Below, in pieces: positions 59,536 through 64,000 of a stretch of DNA of 64,000 bases. A program made the position numbers and the translations under genes. The notes beneath the pieces were generated by a model. That model searched no databases, was not told the DNA's origin, and saw only the letters and a list, made by a program, of their open reading frames with translations. The stretch is from positions 1,952,001 to 2,016,000 of the forward strand of contig CAXXVZ010000003.1 of the NCBI GenBank assembly GCA_963678065.2, read 5' to 3'. The DNA is from Treponemataceae bacterium (GTDB lineage Bacteria; Spirochaetota; Spirochaetia; Treponematales; Rectinemataceae). How positions within the stretch are numbered: the first letter of the stretch is position 1; every line of letters starts with the position of its first letter.

Positions 59536-60365
59536 TCGACGTTCTTGAGTTTCGGATCGAGTATATCCCGCACACTGTCTCCGAGAATGTTGAAGGAGAG
59601 GATGGCGAGCACAATGGCGACCGCGGGCGCGATCGCCGTCCAGGGCGCGAGCTCCATGATCTTCCTGCTCTCGCTCAGCATGGAGCCCCAGGAAGGGTTG
59701 GGAGGCTGGATGCCCAGACCCAGGAAACTCATCGAAGCTTCGACGAGGATGGCGCTCGACAGGGACAGCGTCGTCTGGACGATGAAGGGCGAGAGGACGT
59801 TCGGCAGGATGTGCCTGAATATGATGCCGGAGTTGCGCACGCCGATGGAGCGCACGCTCGCGATGTATTCCTGGGATTTGACCGAAAGGACCTCGGAGCG
59901 GATCGTGCGCGTGAAGACCGGTATCCTCACGATGCCGATGGCGATGATGGTGTTCCGCAAATCGGGTCCCAGCACCGCCACGATCGCGAGGGCGAGGAGG
60001 ATGGCGGGGAAGGCGAAGAGGATATCCATGATCCGCATGAGGAGGTTGTCGATCCATCCCTCGTAGTATCCGGCGACCAGGCCGAGGAGCATGCCGCAGG
60101 CGGCGCCGATTCCCGTCGCGAGAAGGCCGACATAGAGAGAGACCCTCGCGCCGTAGATCAGGCGGGAGAACACATCCCGGCCGAACTCGTCGGTGCCGAG
60201 GTAGAATCCGTTCCCCGGGGCCGTCTGGAGGCTGTCGGACATGGCTACCGGATCGTGGTTGGCGATGACCGGGGCGAATATCGCGATGAGGATGACCATG
60301 AGGACTCCGAAGAGCCCCACCCGCCCTATCTTGTCCCGCATCAGTTCCGCAAAGATTTTTTTCAT
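59532..60365 (-). CDS. Oligopeptide ABC permease (OppC/DppC)
   Basis: LGTDEFGRD; HILPN; SFLGLG..PSWG. Confidence 0.93.
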   Translation of the reverse strand: MKKIFAELMRDKIGRVGLFGVLMVILIAIFAPVIANHDPVAMSDSLQTAPGNGFYLGTDEFGRDVFSRLIYGARVSLYVGLLATGIGAACGMLLGLVAGYYEGWIDNLLMRIMDILFAFPAILLALAIVAVLGPDLRNTIIAIGIVRIPVFTRTIRSEVLSVKSQEYIASVRSIGVRNSGIIFRHILPNVLSPFIVQTTLSLSSAILVEASMSFLGLGIQPPNPSWGSMLSESRKIMELAPWTAIAPAVAIVLAILSFNILGDSVRDILDPKLKNVE

Positions 60366-60373
60366 GGCCTTCC

Positions 60374-61318
60374 CTATTTGTAGCTGATCCTGGGATCGAT
60401 CCAGGCGTACATGAGGTCGACGATCAGGTTTATGATGACGAACACGAAGGCGAAGAACAGGATGGTTCCCTGCACGACGGGATAATCGCGCTGGGATATC
60501 CCCGAGAGCGTGTAGAGCCCGAGCCCTGGCAGCGAGAAGATCTGCTCTGTCACGACCGTCCCCCCGAGGAGGAATCCGATCTGCATGCCGACGATGGTGA
60601 TGATGGGAAGAAGCGAATTCTTGAACGCGTGGCGGTAAATCACCGCGCGCTCGGTGCCGCCCTTGGCCCTGATAGTCCTGATGTAATCCTGTTTCAGGTT
60701 TTCCAGCATCGACGAGCGGGTCATGCGCATGACCGAGCCGGCCATGATGGCCCCCAGTACCAGGGAGGGGAAGATGAGGACCCGGAAATTGGCGACCGGA
60801 TTCTTGAGGAAATCGATGTACTCCAGGGGCGGATAATACGAGAAACCGAGAGAGAGGACGAGGAGGACCATGGTCCCGAGGGCGAAGTTCGGTATCGAAA
60901 CCCAGAACAGGCTCAAAAAGCGCGCGAGCCCGTCCACCCATGTGTTGCGTTTCACCGCCGAAACGACGCCGAGTGGGATCGCGATTATCCACGAGATGAT
61001 CGAAGAGTAGAGGGTCAGCATGAGGGTGACCCTGAAACGCCTGAGAATTTCGGGCAGAATGGGCAGTCGCGTGCGGATGGACACCCCGAAATCTCCATGC
61101 ATGACGCCGGAGATCCAGTTCCAGTACTGGACGTACCAGGGCGTATCGAGTCCGTACTGCTTCATGAGACTCGCGCGCAGTACGGGATTGCTCTCGATCC
61201 CCATCATCAGGTCGACGGCATCGCCCGGAATCATGTGCATGAGGCCGAACACCGCCAATGATATGCCGAAAAGCACGGGGATGAAGAGCAGAAGCCGTCT
61301 CAGAATATAGGTTTTCAT
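60374..61318 (-). CDS. Oligopeptide ABC permease (OppB/DppB)
   Basis: IPGDA; DYIRTIRAKG; RDYPVVQG; DPRI. Confidence 0.93.
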   Translation of the reverse strand: MKTYILRRLLLFIPVLFGISLAVFGLMHMIPGDAVDLMMGIESNPVLRASLMKQYGLDTPWYVQYWNWISGVMHGDFGVSIRTRLPILPEILRRFRVTLMLTLYSSIISWIIAIPLGVVSAVKRNTWVDGLARFLSLFWVSIPNFALGTMVLLVLSLGFSYYPPLEYIDFLKNPVANFRVLIFPSLVLGAIMAGSVMRMTRSSMLENLKQDYIRTIRAKGGTERAVIYRHAFKNSLLPIITIVGMQIGFLLGGTVVTEQIFSLPGLGLYTLSGISQRDYPVVQGTILFFAFVFVIINLIVDLMYAWIDPRISYK

Positions 61319-61587
61319 TCTTCGCCTTTATGGCGCAGAGCCGGAGAGACGCGAAGCGCTTCCCCGATTGTACGCCGGTGATCCATGTCTCCTGTGCCGG
61401 GTGTAAGCCCGCTGTCGCTTGAGGCTACCATGACTGAAAGCATCGGTCAACAAATATATCACAAAATCGATTACTGATTTTTTATTTCACACCCGATGAC
61501 AGCGCAGTAGACCGTTCTGCTGTGCGTCGATACAAGTCTGGCGGAAGTCTTGGCAACGGCCGCCAAAACACTATATTGTGGCGGCAC

Positions 61588-62382
61588 ATGAAAAAGAGTG
61601 TCACCATCCCGAGAGGACAGGCCTCCGGACCCAGATCCGAACTCCTGCATGGCATGCGCGACAGCATTCCCATGCTCGTGGGCGCCGCACCCTTCGGCCT
61701 CATCTTCGGAGCTCTCGCCCCGTCCTCCGGACTCTCGGCTCAAGCCGCGCTCCTCATGTCTCTCGCGGTCTTCGCAGGATCATCGCAGTTCATCGCCCTG
61801 ACACTGATTGGTTCGGGGGCCGCGACCGTCGTCATCGTCCTCACGACCTTCGTGGTCAATCTCCGGCATGCCCTGTATTCAGCGACACTCCTGCCCCATG
61901 TGGCGCGCCTTCCGCAGCGCTGGCGCATCCCCCTCGCCTTCTGGCTCACGGACGAGACATTCGCCGTCGTGCAGGCCCGGTACGTCGCTGATGACGGATC
62001 GCCGAACAAACGCTGGTATCACCTCGGATCGTCTTTGGCCATGTACAGCAACTGGTTCCTCTGGACCTTTGCGGGCGTCCTCATCGGCCGCTCCTTCCCC
62101 GGCCTGGAAAGCCTCGGCCTCGAGTTCGCCATGGTGGCCACCTTCATCGGCATGGTCGTCCCCATGCTTTCCGAAAAACCCATGATGGCGGCCTCGCTCA
62201 CCGCCGGCCTCGTCGCCCTTGCGGCGCGCGATCTTCCCTACAAACTCGGTCTCATGCTCGCGGCTCTATCGGGCGTAGCCGCGGGAGTCGCGGCCGAAAC
62301 CCTCACAGGAGAGCGCGGCGGAAGGACGAGTTCCGGCAGCTCTTCCGCGCGCGACGAGGAGGCAGCCGATGACCGCCAATGA
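61588..62382 (+). CDS. AzlC family branched-chain amino acid exporter
   Basis: FAGSSQF; VNLRH; LTDETFA. Confidence 0.9.
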   Translation: MKKSVTIPRGQASGPRSELLHGMRDSIPMLVGAAPFGLIFGALAPSSGLSAQAALLMSLAVFAGSSQFIALTLIGSGAATVVIVLTTFVVNLRHALYSATLLPHVARLPQRWRIPLAFWLTDETFAVVQARYVADDGSPNKRWYHLGSSLAMYSNWFLWTFAGVLIGRSFPGLESLGLEFAMVATFIGMVVPMLSEKPMMAASLTAGLVALAARDLPYKLGLMLAALSGVAAGVAAETLTGERGGRTSSGSSSARDEEAADDRQ

Positions 62383-62695
62383 GCTCATCCTCATAGCCGG
62401 CATGACAGCGGTGACCTTCGCCATCCGCTACAGCTTCTTCGCGCTCGGGGAACGCCTCGTCTTCCCGCCCCTCGCGGAGAAAGCTCTCAAGTACGTGCCC
62501 CCCGCCGTCCTCTCCGCGATTGTCCTGCCCATGGTCTTCCTGCCGGACGGGAAAACCTGGGGCATCGACTGGCACAACGCCTGGCTCGCCGGGGCTCTCG
62601 CGAGCGGCATCATCTCGTGGCGCTTCAAAAACCTCCTCGCGGCGATCGGAGGAGGCATGTTCGTGTATGTCATATGGAAGATTTTTTTCGCCTGA
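62369..62695 (+). CDS. AzlD family membrane protein
   Basis: [17 protein letters not shown]; overlaps the azlC end. Confidence 0.9.
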   Translation: MTANELILIAGMTAVTFAIRYSFFALGERLVFPPLAEKALKYVPPAVLSAIVLPMVFLPDGKTWGIDWHNAWLAGALASGIISWRFKNLLAAIGGGMFVYVIWKIFFA

Positions 62696-62779
62696 TCGCC
62701 ATCGCCGCGGCCCATGCTACCGGCTACCGGCGTGTCGCCGGATCGCGGCCTGCCAGGGGTCAGGCCCCAGGACCGCGCC

Positions 62780-64000
62780 CTACAGCGAACAGACCCGGTT
62801 CCGCCCCTCGGCTTTGGCCCGGTAGAGCGCCTCGTCGGCCAGCCTGAGAAAATCGTCGAGCTCGTCGACCTCGTCGGGCACCTCCACGTGGAACCCGAAA
62901 CTGGCCGTCACGCCGATGCGCCCACGGGCCGTTTCCGCTCCCTGCCCGGCGATCGCATGCCGCAGGGCTTCAAATTTCACCTGCACCGCCGCTTCCGACA
63001 CATCGGCGAGAAGGAAAGCAAATTCTTCTCCGCCATACCGGCAGACGCGGTCGGCCTCCGAAAGGCCGGCGACGAAAGTCTTCGCGATCGACCTGAGCAC
63101 CTCATCGCCGGCCACATGCCCGAAGCGGTCGTTCACCCCTTTGAAGTTGTCGAGATCCGTGATCCCGACCGCGAAAGGCACACGGGCGGTTTTCGCGGCG
63201 GCAAAACGCAGCTCCGCCTCCTCAATGAAGCGCCTTCTGTTGTACAGTCCCGTGAGGGCATCGGTGTTCGCCAACTCCTCGAGCCTCGCGAAGAGTCTGT
63301 TCGATTCCGTGACATCGGCCGCTATGACAGCGCAGCCGAGCCGCCTTCCTCCCCTGTCCGAGATGGGAATGACGGAGGCGCGGTAGTAGCAGGGTGCGGG
63401 AGCGTCGACACAGAATTCCGATTTCCCGACGCCTTCCCGGATGGCCTTTGTCAGGTCCGGCCATGCGGCGAACATTTCCTTCGCCTCGAGCCCGAACGAG
63501 TCCGGCCCGATCCCGAACACGAAGCCCGCGGCCCTGTTCGCGTCGACGATCCTCCCCGTTCTCTCGACGACGATCACGGCATCCTGCATCGACTCGATGA
63601 CCTTCTCCCGCGCGAGGGGGGCTACATTGAAGAACGAATACCGGAAAATCGCGATTGAAATGAGTATTCCCGATATGGAAAAGAGGAAAGCCGCCGTTTC
63701 CAGTCCGTATGGAGAGAGCCCGAAAAGATACAGGACGCTGCCCGCTGCCGGGACCATGGCAGCCAGACACATCAGGATGGCCTGGTAGCGCAGAACACGC
63801 CTCGACCGGAACGCGAAGCGGAGAAGGACGAAGGCGCCCATCGTGTACGCCAGCCATGTGCAGAAGACATTGAGCCAGTACCAGGGCCCCCGCTCCATCG
63901 AGAGCACGGCGAATGGCTTCCCCGTGTCGATCCAGAGAGCGCGATAAAAAAGATGATGGTACTCGTTCGTGAGGACTAGGACGAGGGTCAGAATGGGGAA
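62780..64000 (-). CDS. Diguanylate cyclase (HisKA_7TM-PAS-GGDEF), 5'-truncated by the window edge
   Basis: Frame is open to the window end (TNEYHHLFY); DLDNFK; RYGGEEF; ADEALYRAK. Confidence 0.9.
   Translation of the reverse strand, partial: FPILTLVLVLTNEYHHLFYRALWIDTGKPFAVLSMERGPWYWLNVFCTWLAYTMGAFVLLRFAFRSRRVLRYQAILMCLAAMVPAAGSVLYLFGLSPYGLETAAFLFSISGILISIAIFRYSFFNVAPLAREKVIESMQDAVIVVERTGRIVDANRAAGFVFGIGPDSFGLEAKEMFAAWPDLTKAIREGVGKSEFCVDAPAPCYYRASVIPISDRGGRRLGCAVIAADVTESNRLFARLEELANTDALTGLYNRRRFIEEAELRFAAAKTARVPFAVGITDLDNFKGVNDRFGHVAGDEVLRSIAKTFVAGLSEADRVCRYGGEEFAFLLADVSEAAVQVKFEALRHAIAGQGAETARGRIGVTASFGFHVEVPDEVDELDDFLRLADEALYRAKAEGRNRVCSL

Overview
Gene-dense, mostly high-GC bacterial chromosomal window. 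A free-living Spirochaetia origin is inferred only from the '...LFAQ' signal peptides and the dense carbohydrate transport content. It is a mosaic of catabolic, transport and regulatory modules: (1) YesM/YesN-type two-component system, sugar ABC, PfkB kinase and GH65 phosphorylase; (2) NarL-type two-component system with an ABC-2 exporter; (3) a visibly AT-richer island with DeoR, FGGY kinase, SDR, 2-hydroxyacid dehydrogenase and Rbs-type ABC; (4) MocR, PLP decarboxylase and amino-acid racemase; (5) WYL regulator, DJ-1/PfpI and a SWIM-SRPBCC fusion; (6) HxlR/SDR, a secreted hypothetical and an orphan RsmH; (7) TRAP transporter with two DapA-family lyases, a GldA-like dehydrogenase, an FAH hydrolase and two FadR regulators; (8) AgaR-like DeoR, AgaS, a frameshifted KbaZ/GatZ, an Afu/Fbp-type ABC and an extended phosphohexomutase; (9) c-di-GMP enzymes; (10) an Opp ABC operon with a GNAT and a serine hydrolase; (11) AzlCD. 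Module 8 is the best candidate for an undescribed system: a kinase-free route from an imported sugar phosphate through tagatose-6-P. I recognised no rRNA, tRNA, CRISPR array, integrase or transposase. All product calls come from motif recognition by eye, and start codons were adjusted manually where noted.
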